Assembly: GCA_002317295.1 (NCBI GenBank)
Contig: DCIY01000030.1
Location: 2,640-66,639, forward strand
DNA from: Bacteroidales bacterium UBA1714
GTDB taxonomy: Bacteria; Bacteroidota; Bacteroidia; Bacteroidales; Paludibacteraceae
Direction of reading: 5' to 3'
DNA: 64,000 nt
Shown: one piece after another, positions 1 through 9,500 of the stretch
Position numbering within the stretch: position 1 is the first letter of the stretch
Layout: the number at the start of each line of letters is the position of its first letter
The notes under the pieces: generated by a model
Seen by the model: the letters and a program-made list of their open reading frames with translations, nothing else
Database searches by the model: none
What the model was told of the DNA's origin: nothing
Translations under genes and position numbers: made by a program

Positions 1-40
1 GTGGTGATTCAATATTCGTTTTAATTCAACAACTCTTTGT

Positions 41-1144
41 ATGAAAACTCATTTTTTAGACATTTTGATGGTTTCGGTGTTGGTCGCGGGTTGCGAGCCT
101 CAACCGATAGATGTGAACCCAACTCCCGTGCCGGTGGCGGGCGATACGTATCGGGGTATGTATGTACTGAACGAAGGCGGATACAACCAAAATAACGCTT
201 CGTTGGATTACCTCGATTTTGCTTCAGGAACGTATGTAACGGACACTTTTACCCGAGCCAATCCCTCTGTGATTCAGGGTTTGGGCGATACGGGAAACGA
301 TATTCTGGTGTATGGCAATAAGGCGTATATCTGTGTGAATGGTTCGGGTTTGGTGGAAATTATCGATGCCCATAGTGCCCGCCATTTGGCGCAGGTGAAC
401 CTGAGTAACTGCCGCAGGTTGTATGCTCATGAGGGTTATATCTATATCACCTCCTATGCCGGCCGTGTGGAAGATCATGATCATCAGTTGGGGTATGTAG
501 CCAAAATGGATACGATTTCGTATCAGATTGTGGCCACCTGTGAAGTGGGGTATCAGCCGGAAGCCATGGCGGTGGTGGATGGTAAAATGTATGTGGCTAA
601 CAGCGGTGGCTATATGGGCATGAACACGGGGGTGTATGATGACAGAATCAGCGTGATATCGTTGGTTGATTTTACACGGACCAAACATATCACCGTGGGC
701 GTCAATCCGCAGGATATACAGGTGGATTCTCAACACCGACTATGGATTGCTACCTATGGTAACTATGTCGATGTGGCGGCCAATCTGTATTGCCTTGATC
801 CTCAAACGGAGCAAATTACCGCACAGAATATACCGGTCACCAAAATGGCGATGACACAGGATACGCTCGTGTACTATGCCACGACCTACGATGCGATGTG
901 GAATCCGGTGACGGAGTATGCCAAGTTCGCTACCCAATCCTGTCAGGTATTGGCTTGGACATTGTCCAATGCACCCGCCTCGCCCAACGGCCTTGGTGTG
1001 CATCCGACGACGGGTCATATCTATGTGGCCGATGCGGGTGATTATGTCAGTCCCGGAAGCGTGGTGTGCTACTCGCGAATGGGAGACTATCAATGGAAGG
1101 TGTATGCCGGTGTAGTCCCCGGGCACTTTGCCTGGGTGAAGTAA
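41..1144 (+). CDS. Surface lipoprotein, YncE-like / DUF5074-type beta-propeller protein
   Basis: Complete 367-aa ORF. Signal peptide ends in a lipobox-like VLVAGC. Recurrent blade-like segments (MYVLNEGGY, KMYVANSGGY, HIYVADAGDY) are typical of Bacteroidales YVTN/YncE-type propellers. Confidence 0.6.
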   Translation: MKTHFLDILMVSVLVAGCEPQPIDVNPTPVPVAGDTYRGMYVLNEGGYNQNNASLDYLDFASGTYVTDTFTRANPSVIQGLGDTGNDILVYGNKAYICVNGSGLVEIIDAHSARHLAQVNLSNCRRLYAHEGYIYITSYAGRVEDHDHQLGYVAKMDTISYQIVATCEVGYQPEAMAVVDGKMYVANSGGYMGMNTGVYDDRISVISLVDFTRTKHITVGVNPQDIQVDSQHRLWIATYGNYVDVAANLYCLDPQTEQITAQNIPVTKMAMTQDTLVYYATTYDAMWNPVTEYAKFATQSCQVLAWTLSNAPASPNGLGVHPTTGHIYVADAGDYVSPGSVVCYSRMGDYQWKVYAGVVPGHFAWVK

Positions 1145-1169
1145 AAAATAACATTTTTACGGACAAAAA

Positions 1170-1201
1170 TTTGCGTATCTCGGAATTTTTCTGTATCTTT
1201 G
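1170..1201 (+). promoter_or_regulatory. Bacteroidetes primary-sigma promoter: -33 TTTG, 20-nt spacer, -7 TATCTTTG (glxK operon)
   Basis: TTTG at 1170-1173 and TATCTTTG at 1194-1201. ATG is 17 nt downstream. Confidence 0.65.
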
Positions 1202-1218
1202 CAGCAAATTTCCGAGAT

Positions 1219-2265
1219 ATGACTTTTTTAATTGCCAGTGATTCGTTTAAGGGTTCCTGTTCGTCTTTGGAAGTGGCCCATTATCTGCAGCGCGGACTCC
1301 AATCGGTGGATTCGGCGGTGCAAGTGCGTGTAGCCGCCATAGCCGATGGTGGAGAAGGTACCGTTCAGGCATTGACGCCTGCGTTGGGTGGTGAGATGGT
1401 CCGTTGCGCCGCCCATGACGCGCTTATGCGGGGGATAGACAGTGAATATGGTTGGGTCGACAGAGAGCAGTTGGCCATTGTGGAAGTGGCCCAAACGGCC
1501 GGTTTGACACGCATTGCCCCTGAGGAAAGGGATGCCGTGGCCGCCACCAGTTACGGACTGGGGGAGCAATTGGCGCATGCCATTCAGCGTGGGGCACGAC
1601 GTATATTGTTGGGTTTGGGCGGTTCTGCCACCACGGATGCGGGTCGAGGAATGATGCAGGCGTTGGAGCAGCGTGGTGTGGATTATCGTGGGGTGGATAT
1701 CACGGCTCTGTGCGATGTGAACAATCCGCTCTATGGCCCTCAGGGAGCCGCGTATATCTATGCGCCTCAAAAAGGAGCCAATCATGAACAGGTATTGGAG
1801 TTGGATGCACGCCTGCGGGCCATTGCTCAGGGCAGTGGGCATCCTGAACGAGCCCTGATACCCGGAGCCGGAGCTGCCGGCGGACTGGGTTTTGCGGTTA
1901 TCAACGATTTGGGCGGTGCGCTGCGTCCGGGTATCGATTCGGTGCTTGATTTGCAGCATTTTGATGAACTGTTGCAGGGGGTTGATTGGGTGATTACGGG
2001 TGAAGGCAAGATGGATGCTCAGACGCTGATGAACAAGGCGCCAATAGGGGTGCTGCGGCGTGCACAACGAAGGGGTATTCCCTGTATGGCGATTGCCGGC
2101 AAGGTGGAAAACAGAGACGAACTGCTGGCAGCGGGATTTGCAGATATTGTGGGTATCAATCCTGAAGGGACACCATTGGCTTTGGCCATGACGCCGGATT
2201 TTGCCCATGCACAACTGATACGAGTAGGACAAGAAACAGGACAACGATTATGTTTACAACATTAG
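1219..2265 (+). CDS. glxK: Glycerate kinase
   Basis: Motifs IASDSFKGS, ADGGEGT and VITGEGKMDAQT. Start moved to the ATG at 1219 because the longer ORF (1066) runs through the promoter at 1170-1201. Confidence 0.85.
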   Translation: MTFLIASDSFKGSCSSLEVAHYLQRGLQSVDSAVQVRVAAIADGGEGTVQALTPALGGEMVRCAAHDALMRGIDSEYGWVDREQLAIVEVAQTAGLTRIAPEERDAVAATSYGLGEQLAHAIQRGARRILLGLGGSATTDAGRGMMQALEQRGVDYRGVDITALCDVNNPLYGPQGAAYIYAPQKGANHEQVLELDARLRAIAQGSGHPERALIPGAGAAGGLGFAVINDLGGALRPGIDSVLDLQHFDELLQGVDWVITGEGKMDAQTLMNKAPIGVLRRAQRRGIPCMAIAGKVENRDELLAAGFADIVGINPEGTPLALAMTPDFAHAQLIRVGQETGQRLCLQH

Positions 2266-3509
2266 GAGCTTTATTGGGCCTGACACTGGCCATTGTACTG
2301 ATTATTCGCAAAGTGCCCCCGTTCTACAGCCTGCTGTTGGGCGCGGTTGTCGGGGCGCTGATTGGCGGTTGGGGACTGGCTCAGTCGGTGAGTATTATGC
2401 TGGGCGGTGTGAAAGACATCGTACCTGCCATTGTGCGCATTTTGGCGGCCGGTGTGTTGACCGGAGTGCTGATTGAGACCGGAGGTGCCGCTTCGATTGC
2501 CAATGGTCTGATTAGGCGCTTGGGCAGCAAAAACATCTGTTGGGCATTGGCGCTGTGTGCCATGCTGTTGTGTGCCGTGGGTGTGTATATTGATGTGGCG
2601 GTGATTACCATTGCCCCCATAGCCATCTGGGCTGCCCAAAAAACGGGCGAATCGAATAGCAAACTGCTGCTGATGATGATTGGCGGAGGCAAGTGTGGCA
2701 ATATCATTTCGCCCAATCCGAATACCATCATTGCGGCCGAGAACTTTGGAGCGGACCTGTCGTCGGTGATGCTGGCCAATGTATTGCCGGCTGTGGTCGG
2801 ATTGTGTTTTACCGTTTTGGTCGTTTCCCGCATTTTCCCTAAATCCAAATCCTGTGGCACATCATCAACCGATGTGTCTTTGGAGCAGGATCGTTCTTTG
2901 CCGCCCGTTTGGGCTGCCGTGACGGGTCCTGTGGTGGCGATTATATTGTTGGCTCTGCGTCCCATCTGTGGCATTCCGGTGGATCCGCTGCTTGCGTTGC
3001 CGATAGGTGGTGTGGTAGGACTGCTGGTGATGCGCCAATGGCGAAAAGGATTGAAGGCGTTGGAACTGGGGTTAAGCAAAATGGCTCCGATAGCCGTTTT
3101 GCTGGTAGGAACGGGTGCTTTGGCGGGTGTGATCAAGGAATCCAGTCTGAGTGGGTATCTGGTGGAGTGGCTGAGTGGCGTAGGCGGTCAGTTTCTGATT
3201 GCTCCTCTGTCGGGTATTCTGATGTCCGGTGCAACGGCTTCCACGACTGCGGGTGCCACGGTGGCTTCGTCCTCGTTTGCTCCTGCCATATTGGATATGG
3301 GCGTTCCTGCTGTGTGGGGTGCAGCGATGGTGAATGCGGGTGCCACGGTGATCGATCACCTGCCTCACGGATCGTTCTTCCATGCCACCGGAGGGTCGAT
3401 GAACCAGAGTGTGAACGAACGGCTGAAGTTGATTCCGTATGAGAGTCTGATTGGTCTGGTGCTGACCGCTATGTCGGTACTGACGTACCTGATGATTGCT
3501 GAATGCTGA
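2250..3509 (+). CDS. GntP-family (gluconate/glycerate:H+) permease
   Basis: 419-aa polytopic membrane protein with GntP-like glycine-rich helices. Overlaps the glycerate kinase stop by 16 nt, suggesting an operon. Confidence 0.8.
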   Translation: MFTTLGALLGLTLAIVLIIRKVPPFYSLLLGAVVGALIGGWGLAQSVSIMLGGVKDIVPAIVRILAAGVLTGVLIETGGAASIANGLIRRLGSKNICWALALCAMLLCAVGVYIDVAVITIAPIAIWAAQKTGESNSKLLLMMIGGGKCGNIISPNPNTIIAAENFGADLSSVMLANVLPAVVGLCFTVLVVSRIFPKSKSCGTSSTDVSLEQDRSLPPVWAAVTGPVVAIILLALRPICGIPVDPLLALPIGGVVGLLVMRQWRKGLKALELGLSKMAPIAVLLVGTGALAGVIKESSLSGYLVEWLSGVGGQFLIAPLSGILMSGATASTTAGATVASSSFAPAILDMGVPAVWGAAMVNAGATVIDHLPHGSFFHATGGSMNQSVNERLKLIPYESLIGLVLTAMSVLTYLMIAEC

Positions 3510-3525
3510 TTGATGATTGATGAAT
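3498..3525. repeat. Heptamer-periodic junction sequence (gctgaat gctgatt gatgatt gatgaat)
   Basis: 4 x 7 nt spanning the GntP stop and the nudC start. Confidence 0.7.
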
Positions 3526-4086
3526 TTACGAGAATATTTTGCCAGTCATGGTGCCGAAGATAATTATCAGGCAGCCAGGCGTGAGGCGCTGAATCGATGG
3601 AATGAGCAGGTGCGCTATTGCTGTGCATGCGGCGGGGAATTGCCGTTGGCGGATGTAGAGGGAGCAGAGGCGCAGCGGGTGTGTGGGAGTTGTGGCAAGG
3701 TGCATTTCCCGCGCATTGAACCCTGCGTGATTGTGCGCATTCAGCGAGAAGGGAAGATTCTGCTGGCCAGGCATGTGCAACGCAACACGGATATTTATGC
3801 CTGCATTGCGGGATTTGTGGAGGCCGGTGAATCGGCCGAGCATGCGTTGCAGCGGGAGATACGGGAGGAGATTGGTATAGAGGTTAAGAACATCCGGTAT
3901 TTCGGTTCGCAATCCTGGCCCTTTCCGGACCAGTTGATGTTGGCGTTTGTAGCCGATTATGCAGGGGGTGAAATACGAATCCAAAAAGAAGAATTGCAGG
4001 AAGTGGGGTGGTTTGCTCCGGACGATTTGCCCGCCCATCCACGACCCGGTTCTATTTCTTACGAACTGATACATGCTTATGAATAA
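3520..4086 (+). CDS. nudC: NAD+ diphosphatase (NADH pyrophosphatase), Nudix family
   Basis: Zinc-ribbon CCACGG...CGSCG followed by Nudix box GFVEAGESAEHALQREIREEIGI. First ATG is at 3520; the track start at 3517 is TTG. Confidence 0.8.
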   Translation: MNLREYFASHGAEDNYQAARREALNRWNEQVRYCCACGGELPLADVEGAEAQRVCGSCGKVHFPRIEPCVIVRIQREGKILLARHVQRNTDIYACIAGFVEAGESAEHALQREIREEIGIEVKNIRYFGSQSWPFPDQLMLAFVADYAGGEIRIQKEELQEVGWFAPDDLPAHPRPGSISYELIHAYE

Positions 4087-4381
4087 GGAAGATATTAAAC
4101 GGCATTTGCGCGAGTTTGTCGGCAAGAAGTATGTCATCACGTTGCTGGTTGCAGCGGTGATTTTTCTGGTGGTAGGTCAGCAAAGTGTGTTGCGCGATTT
4201 GCATCGTTGGCGTCAGATTAAGGCGGTGAAACAGGAGTTGGAACAGACGCGATCCGATATTGAGTATTCCCGTCGCACGCTGGAATCGTTGCAAAACACC
4301 GACAGCCTGGAGCGTTATGCCCGGGAACATTATTACATGCATGCAGACAATGAAGATGTGTTTGTGATAGAGGAGGATTGA
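4073..4381 (+). CDS. Septum formation initiator (FtsB/DivIC-like) protein
   Basis: 102 aa with one N-terminal TM helix (VITLLVAAVIFLVV) followed by a coiled coil (QIKAVKQELEQTRSDIEYSRRTLESLQN). Overlaps neighbouring genes at both ends. Confidence 0.6.
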   Translation: MLMNKEDIKRHLREFVGKKYVITLLVAAVIFLVVGQQSVLRDLHRWRQIKAVKQELEQTRSDIEYSRRTLESLQNTDSLERYAREHYYMHADNEDVFVIEED

Positions 4382-4383
4382 GC

Positions 4384-5004
4384 ATGCAGGACGCGAATAG
4401 AAAGGAGCATATTATATTGGGTATTGACCCTGGAACGCTGTTTATGGGGTACGCGCTGTTGCATACGGTAGGCAATCAGGTGGAGCTTATGGAATTTGGG
4501 GTGAAGGAAGTGCATAAACTGGAGGATCAGTATGCCCGATTGCAGCAGGAGTTTTTCTTCTTACAGGAACTGATTGATCAGCATCATCCTTCCTGTTTGG
4601 CGATTGAGACGCAGTTTGTGGATAAGAATCCGCAAACGATGATTAAGATTGTGCATGCTCAGGGAGTGGCCATTGCTGCGGCTTTGAGTCGTGATGTACC
4701 CATTTGCGAATATTCGCCCATGAAAATCAAGATGGCGATTACCGGCAACGGTCATTCTTCCAAGGAACAGGTGGCGGGTATGCTGCAGCGTATCTTTCGG
4801 CTGAGTGATGATCAGATGCCCAAGAAACTGGATGCCACGGATGCTTTGGGAATTGCCTACTGCCATTTTTTGCAACTGGGTCTTCCGCAGTCAGAAAAAG
4901 GAGCCAAGGATTGGACCTCTTTTGCGCGACGTAAGGGTTTGGCAGATAGTACATTGACGGGTCCTAACCAAAGGTTGTTGGCAGCCCTTGGTGGAAAAAA
5001 GTAA
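4384..5004 (+). CDS. ruvC: Crossover junction endodeoxyribonuclease RuvC
   Basis: ILGIDPGTLFMGYALL, ETQFVDKNPQTMIKIVHAQGV and DATDALGIAYCH match the RuvC catalytic blocks. ATG is at 4384; 4378 is TTG. Confidence 0.85.
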   Translation: MQDANRKEHIILGIDPGTLFMGYALLHTVGNQVELMEFGVKEVHKLEDQYARLQQEFFFLQELIDQHHPSCLAIETQFVDKNPQTMIKIVHAQGVAIAAALSRDVPICEYSPMKIKMAITGNGHSSKEQVAGMLQRIFRLSDDQMPKKLDATDALGIAYCHFLQLGLPQSEKGAKDWTSFARRKGLADSTLTGPNQRLLAALGGKK

Positions 5005-5012
5005 CAAAAAAA

Positions 5013-5044
5013 TTTGCATATATCAAAAAAAAGCAGTAAATTTG
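5013..5044 (+). promoter_or_regulatory. Promoter: TTTG-N20-TAAATTTG (ferredoxin)
   Basis: TTTG at 5013-5016, A8 tract in the spacer, TAAATTTG at 5037-5044, followed by cagcgaattt. Confidence 0.7.
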
Positions 5045-5111
5045 CAGCGAATTTAGCAAAAAGGGTGATAATGGCCCTGGAAACTAAAAATAACCTTTAA
5101 ATATTTATTTT

Positions 5112-5276
5112 ATGGCTTACAGAATTTCTGAAGATTGTATCGCTTGTGGCACGTGTAAAGATGAGTGCCCTATGGGAGCTATTTCCGAAGGCGATCATTA
5201 CTCCATCGATCCGGACCTGTGCACCGAGTGTGGAACTTGCGCAGATGTCTGCCCGAGTGGTGCTATTTCCAAATGA
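5112..5276 (+). CDS. Ferredoxin, 2x[4Fe-4S], 54 aa
   Basis: Not in the ORF track because it is under 60 aa. Hand translation gives MAYRISEDCIACGTCKDECPMGAISEGDHYSIDPDLCTECGTCADVCPSGAISK, with two CxxCxxCxxxCP motifs. Promoter at 5013-5044 and terminator at 5292-5326 bracket it. Confidence 0.85.
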   Translation: MAYRISEDCIACGTCKDECPMGAISEGDHYSIDPDLCTECGTCADVCPSGAISK

Positions 5277-5291
5277 TATAGCGAGTAATGT

Positions 5292-5326
5292 GGGGGGCCA
5301 GACATTGGTCCCCCCTTTCCATTTTT
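5292..5326 (+). terminator. Rho-independent terminator after ferredoxin
   Basis: GC-rich hairpin ggggggcca-gacat-tggtcccccc (one bulge) followed by tttccattttta. Confidence 0.7.
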
Positions 5327-5356
5327 ATTCTGTAAGGCGTTAAATCTAAATCGCTT

Positions 5357-6541
5357 ATGCTTGAGAGTTTCTATGAAATGCACGATTATTTGGTGGAACA
5401 TGTTAATGTCCCGATCCGTCGTGTGTTGATGGACCAGATCAACACGCATGACCGACTGATAGCCATTAAGGGCTCACGCGGTGTGGGAAAGACGGATTTT
5501 CTCTTGGCGTATGCTAAAGAGTTTTTGGAGAACCATCCCGATCGCCGGCGGGAGATACTGTATGTGAATTTTAACAACTTCTATTTTGCCAAGCACAGTC
5601 TGTACGATTTTGCAGGGGAGTTTGTGAAGAAGGGTGGTAAGATATTGTTGTTGGATCAGACGTTTAAGTATCAAAATTGGTCGAAGGAGTTGCGGGATTG
5701 TTATTACCACTATACGTCATTGCAGATTATTTTTATGGCTTCACCGATGATGCCGTTGGAGGAAGATTCGGGTGAATTGCGCCATGTGGTAAAGATATAT
5801 AACTTACGAGGACTGAGTTTTAGGGAGTATCTCAATTATAAGTTGGGTCTCAACCTGTCGGTTCATTCGTTGGAAGATATTTTGGCCAATCATGTGTCCA
5901 TTGCCAGAGAGATATCGGATGTAGTGGATCCCATGAAGTACTTTGAAACGTACCTGAAAGAGGGTTTTTATCCCTCGTATACGGAGCAACGCAACTTCTC
6001 GGATCTGTTGCTCAAGACGATGAATATGATGCTGGAGGTGGATGTGTTACTGAATCGGCAGATGGATGTGACATCGTTGCATAAGTTGCGCCTGTTGTTG
6101 GAGTATATGTTGGAGGAAGCACCGTGTTCGTTGAATGTGAGTCGGTTGGCTGGAGATATTGCGGTATCGCGTTCGTCGCTGATGAATTTTATCAAGTATC
6201 TCAAGGATGCGAGGTTGATTAATCTGCTGTACAAAGAAGGAAATACCTTCCCCATGAAGCCGTCCAAAGTGTATCTGCATAATACGAACCTGTGTTACAC
6301 CCTGCCTACCCGCAAGGTAACGCGTCAGGAAGTGGCAGAAACGTATTTTTATTCTGCACTGCACGGGACGCATACGCTCAACGCGTGCGAGAATGCAAAC
6401 TTCCTGGTGGACGGACAAGTCAAGTTTGATGTCAAGGCGTCTGCACCTCGGGAGGCCGGATTCCGATACTGCGCGATATTGGATGCCAAAGTGGGTTATG
6501 GCAAGCAAATCCCTATGTGGTGTTTTGGATTGCTGTATTGA
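5357..6541 (+). CDS. AAA+ superfamily ATPase of unknown function
   Basis: Walker A GSRGVGKTDFLL and Walker B-like ILLLDQ. 394 aa with a C-terminal winged-helix-like region. Resembles the conserved Bacteroidales 'ATP-binding protein' family. Confidence 0.65.
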   Translation: MLESFYEMHDYLVEHVNVPIRRVLMDQINTHDRLIAIKGSRGVGKTDFLLAYAKEFLENHPDRRREILYVNFNNFYFAKHSLYDFAGEFVKKGGKILLLDQTFKYQNWSKELRDCYYHYTSLQIIFMASPMMPLEEDSGELRHVVKIYNLRGLSFREYLNYKLGLNLSVHSLEDILANHVSIAREISDVVDPMKYFETYLKEGFYPSYTEQRNFSDLLLKTMNMMLEVDVLLNRQMDVTSLHKLRLLLEYMLEEAPCSLNVSRLAGDIAVSRSSLMNFIKYLKDARLINLLYKEGNTFPMKPSKVYLHNTNLCYTLPTRKVTRQEVAETYFYSALHGTHTLNACENANFLVDGQVKFDVKASAPREAGFRYCAILDAKVGYGKQIPMWCFGLLY

Positions 6542-6578
6542 TGGATAAGAATGTTTGTTTTACAAAATACAATAAAAA

Positions 6579-9500
6579 ATGAAAGAAAAAAAATTTATGA
6601 CGTGTGATGGTAACGCCGCTGCTGCGCATATTGCGTACATGTTTACCGAAGTGGCTGCCATCTATCCTATTACGCCCTCATCTCCGATGGCAGAAAATGT
6701 GGATGAGTGGGCTGCTGTTGGTCGCAAGAATATGTTTGGCGAGACCGTGTTGGTTCAGGAAATGCAGAGTGAAGCCGGTGCAGCCGGTGCCGTTCACGGC
6801 AGTTTGAGTGCCGGTGCACTGACTACGACATTTACAGCCAGTCAGGGTCTGCTGCTGATGATTCCCAATATGTACAAGATCGCCGGTGAGTTACTGCCCA
6901 CCGTTTTCCACGTGAGTGCCCGTACTCTGGCCAGTCATGTGCTGTGCATCTTTGGTGACCACCAAGACGTGATGGCATGTCGTCAAACGGGTTTTGCCAT
7001 GTTGGCAGAGGGTAGTGTTCAGGAAGTAATGGATTTGGCCGGTGTTGCTCATTTGGCTACGATTAAGAGCCGTGTTCCGTTCCTGAATTTCTTTGATGGT
7101 TTCCGTACTTCTCACGAGTATCAGAAAGTGGAAGCTGTGGATATGGAAGACTTGCGTGGGTTGGTAGATATGCAGGCTTTGGAAGCCTTCCGCAATCGTG
7201 CCATGTCGCCTATGCATCCGACGACTCGTGGTCTGAACGAGAACCCCGATGTATTCTTTGCACACCGTGAGTCCTGCAACCGTTACTACGATGGTGTGGC
7301 GGATATCGTGAGCGATTATATGGATAAGATCAGCGAGATAACCGGTCGTAAGTATCGTCCTTTCTCCTATTATGGAGCGGAGGATGCTGAGCATATCGTG
7401 ATTGCAATGGGTTCGGTTTGTGAGTGCCTGCGTGAGGTCATTGACTGTGAAAATGCCAAGGGCAAAAAACTGGGTATGATCAATGTGCACCTGTATCGTC
7501 CGTTCTCGCTCAAGTACCTCAAGGAGGCTCTTCCGAAGAGCGTGAAGCGTATTTGCGTGCTGGATCGTACCAAGGAACCGGGTGCTAATGGTGAACCATT
7601 GTTCCTGGATGTGAAGGCCGCTTTGGATGAACTGGGTATGAATAACCTGCTGGTGATTGGCGGCCGCTATGGATTGGGAAGCAACGATACCACTCCGGCT
7701 CAGATGCTGGCGGTATATGAGAACCTCGGATTGCCCATGCCGAAGGATCACTTTACGGTGGGTGTGAATGATGATGTTACCTTCCTCAGTCTGCCTGTTG
7801 GCGAAGAGGTCGCCATGGGTGGTCAGGGCATGTTCCAGGCCAAGTTCTATGGTTTGGGTGCCGATGGTACTGTAGGTGCCAATAAGAACAGTGTCAAGAT
7901 TATTGGTGATTCGACCAACAAATATTGCCAGGCATACTTTAGTTATGACAGTAAGAAATCCGGTGGTTTCACCTGTTCTCACCTGCGTTTTGGTGATGAA
8001 CCGATTCACTCTACCTATCTGGTAACCACGCCTAATTTTGTGGCATGTCATGTTCAGGCTTATCTGAATATGTATGATGTGACCCGTGGTTTGCAGGATA
8101 ACGGTACTTTCCTGCTCAATACGATATGGAACGCAGAAGAGTTGAAGAAGAATCTGCCGAATGCGGTGAAGAAATATTTTGCTGACCACCATATTAAGGT
8201 ATATTATATTAATGCCACCAAGATTGCCCAGGAGATTGGTTTGGGCAACCGTACGAATACGATTCTGCAATCGGCCTTCTTCCGCATCACGGGTGTGATT
8301 GAGGTAGAAAAAGCGGTGGAAGAGATGAAGCACTTTATTGTCAAGTCTTATGGCAAGAAGGGTGAGGATGTGGTCAATAAGAACTATGCCGCTGTGGATC
8401 GTGGTAATGAGTATCAGCTGCTCGATATCGATCCCGCCTGGTCTAATCTGGAAGTCAAGGATGCTCCTCTGGGTGTCAAAGCCGATGATCCAGCGTTTAT
8501 TCGCAACCTCGTTCGTCCCATCAATGCCCAAAACGGTGATTTGTTGCCCGTTTCGGCGTTTAAGGGTATCGAAGATGGTATTTGGCAATCGGGTACCGCC
8601 AAGTTTGAAAAACGTGGCGTAAGCACGTTTGTTCCGGTTTGGAATGCCGACAACTGTACCGAGTGTAACAAGTGCTCGTATGTATGTCCTCACGCTTGTA
8701 TTCGTCCGTTTGTGATGGATGACGAAGAAGTGAAGGGCATCCAGGGTGCTACGCGTGAGATGAAAGCTCCGGCTGCGCTCAAGGGTATGCATTTCCGCAT
8801 TCAGGTCGGTGTGATGGACTGCCTGGGTTGCGGCAACTGTGTGGACATATGTCCGGGTAATCCGAAACTGGGTAAAGCTCTGGAAATGGTGGATCTGCAA
8901 AGCCAAATGGCAGAGGCTGATAACTGGAACTACTGTGCCGATCAGGTTAAGAGTAAACAGGATTTGATTGATATTCAGTCAAATGTCAAGAATTCGCAGT
9001 TTGCTACGCCGTTGTTTGAGTTCTCGGGTGCCTGCTCGGGTTGCGGTGAGACACCGTATTTGAAACTCATCAGTCAGTTGTTTGGCGATCGTGAAATCGT
9101 AGGTAATGCCACGGGTTGTACGTCGATTTATTCGGCAGCCGTTCCTTCGACTCCTTATACCAAGAACGAAAAGGGGTATGGTCCCGCATGGTCGAACTCG
9201 TTGTTTGAAGATTTCTGTGAGTTTGCCCTCGGTATGCAGATTGCGCATCGCAAGATGAAAGAGCGCATTGAGATATTAATGAAGAAAGGTCTCGAGTGCG
9301 AGTGCTGCAGTGAGGAACTGAAGGCCATGTTCAGTGAGTGGATAGCCAACAAGAATAATGCCGAGGTGACCAAGCGTTTGTATGAGCCGTTGGTAGCAGC
9401 GATGGAGAAATGCAACTGCGACACCTGCAAGGCGATTTTGGCCTGCAAGGATCACCTGATTAAGCGCAGTCAGTGGGCAGTGGGTGGTGATGGTGCCAGC

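Noticed and set aside
1066-1218. N-terminal extensions of track ORFs: glxK from 1066, nadC from 10051, pheS from 52302, rbr from 57783, ftsE from 39896, ispF to 42412, lptD-like gene to 52341, ABC-F from 58746
   Set aside because: The extensions run through promoter motifs or the 3' end of the upstream gene and add non-homologous residues. In each case the internal ATG yields the canonical family N-terminus.
5146-5343. 65-aa track ORF overlapping the ferredoxin region
   Set aside because: Another frame (5112-5276) encodes a textbook 2x[4Fe-4S] ferredoxin. The 65-aa frame has no features and runs through the terminator hairpin.
6891-8906. 671-aa ORF on the minus strand inside nifJ
   Set aside because: Antisense shadow of a strongly supported gene. 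The translation is His/Ile/Arg/Thr-rich low-complexity text with no motifs. Long antisense frames arise here because the sense codon usage avoids the complements of stop codons.
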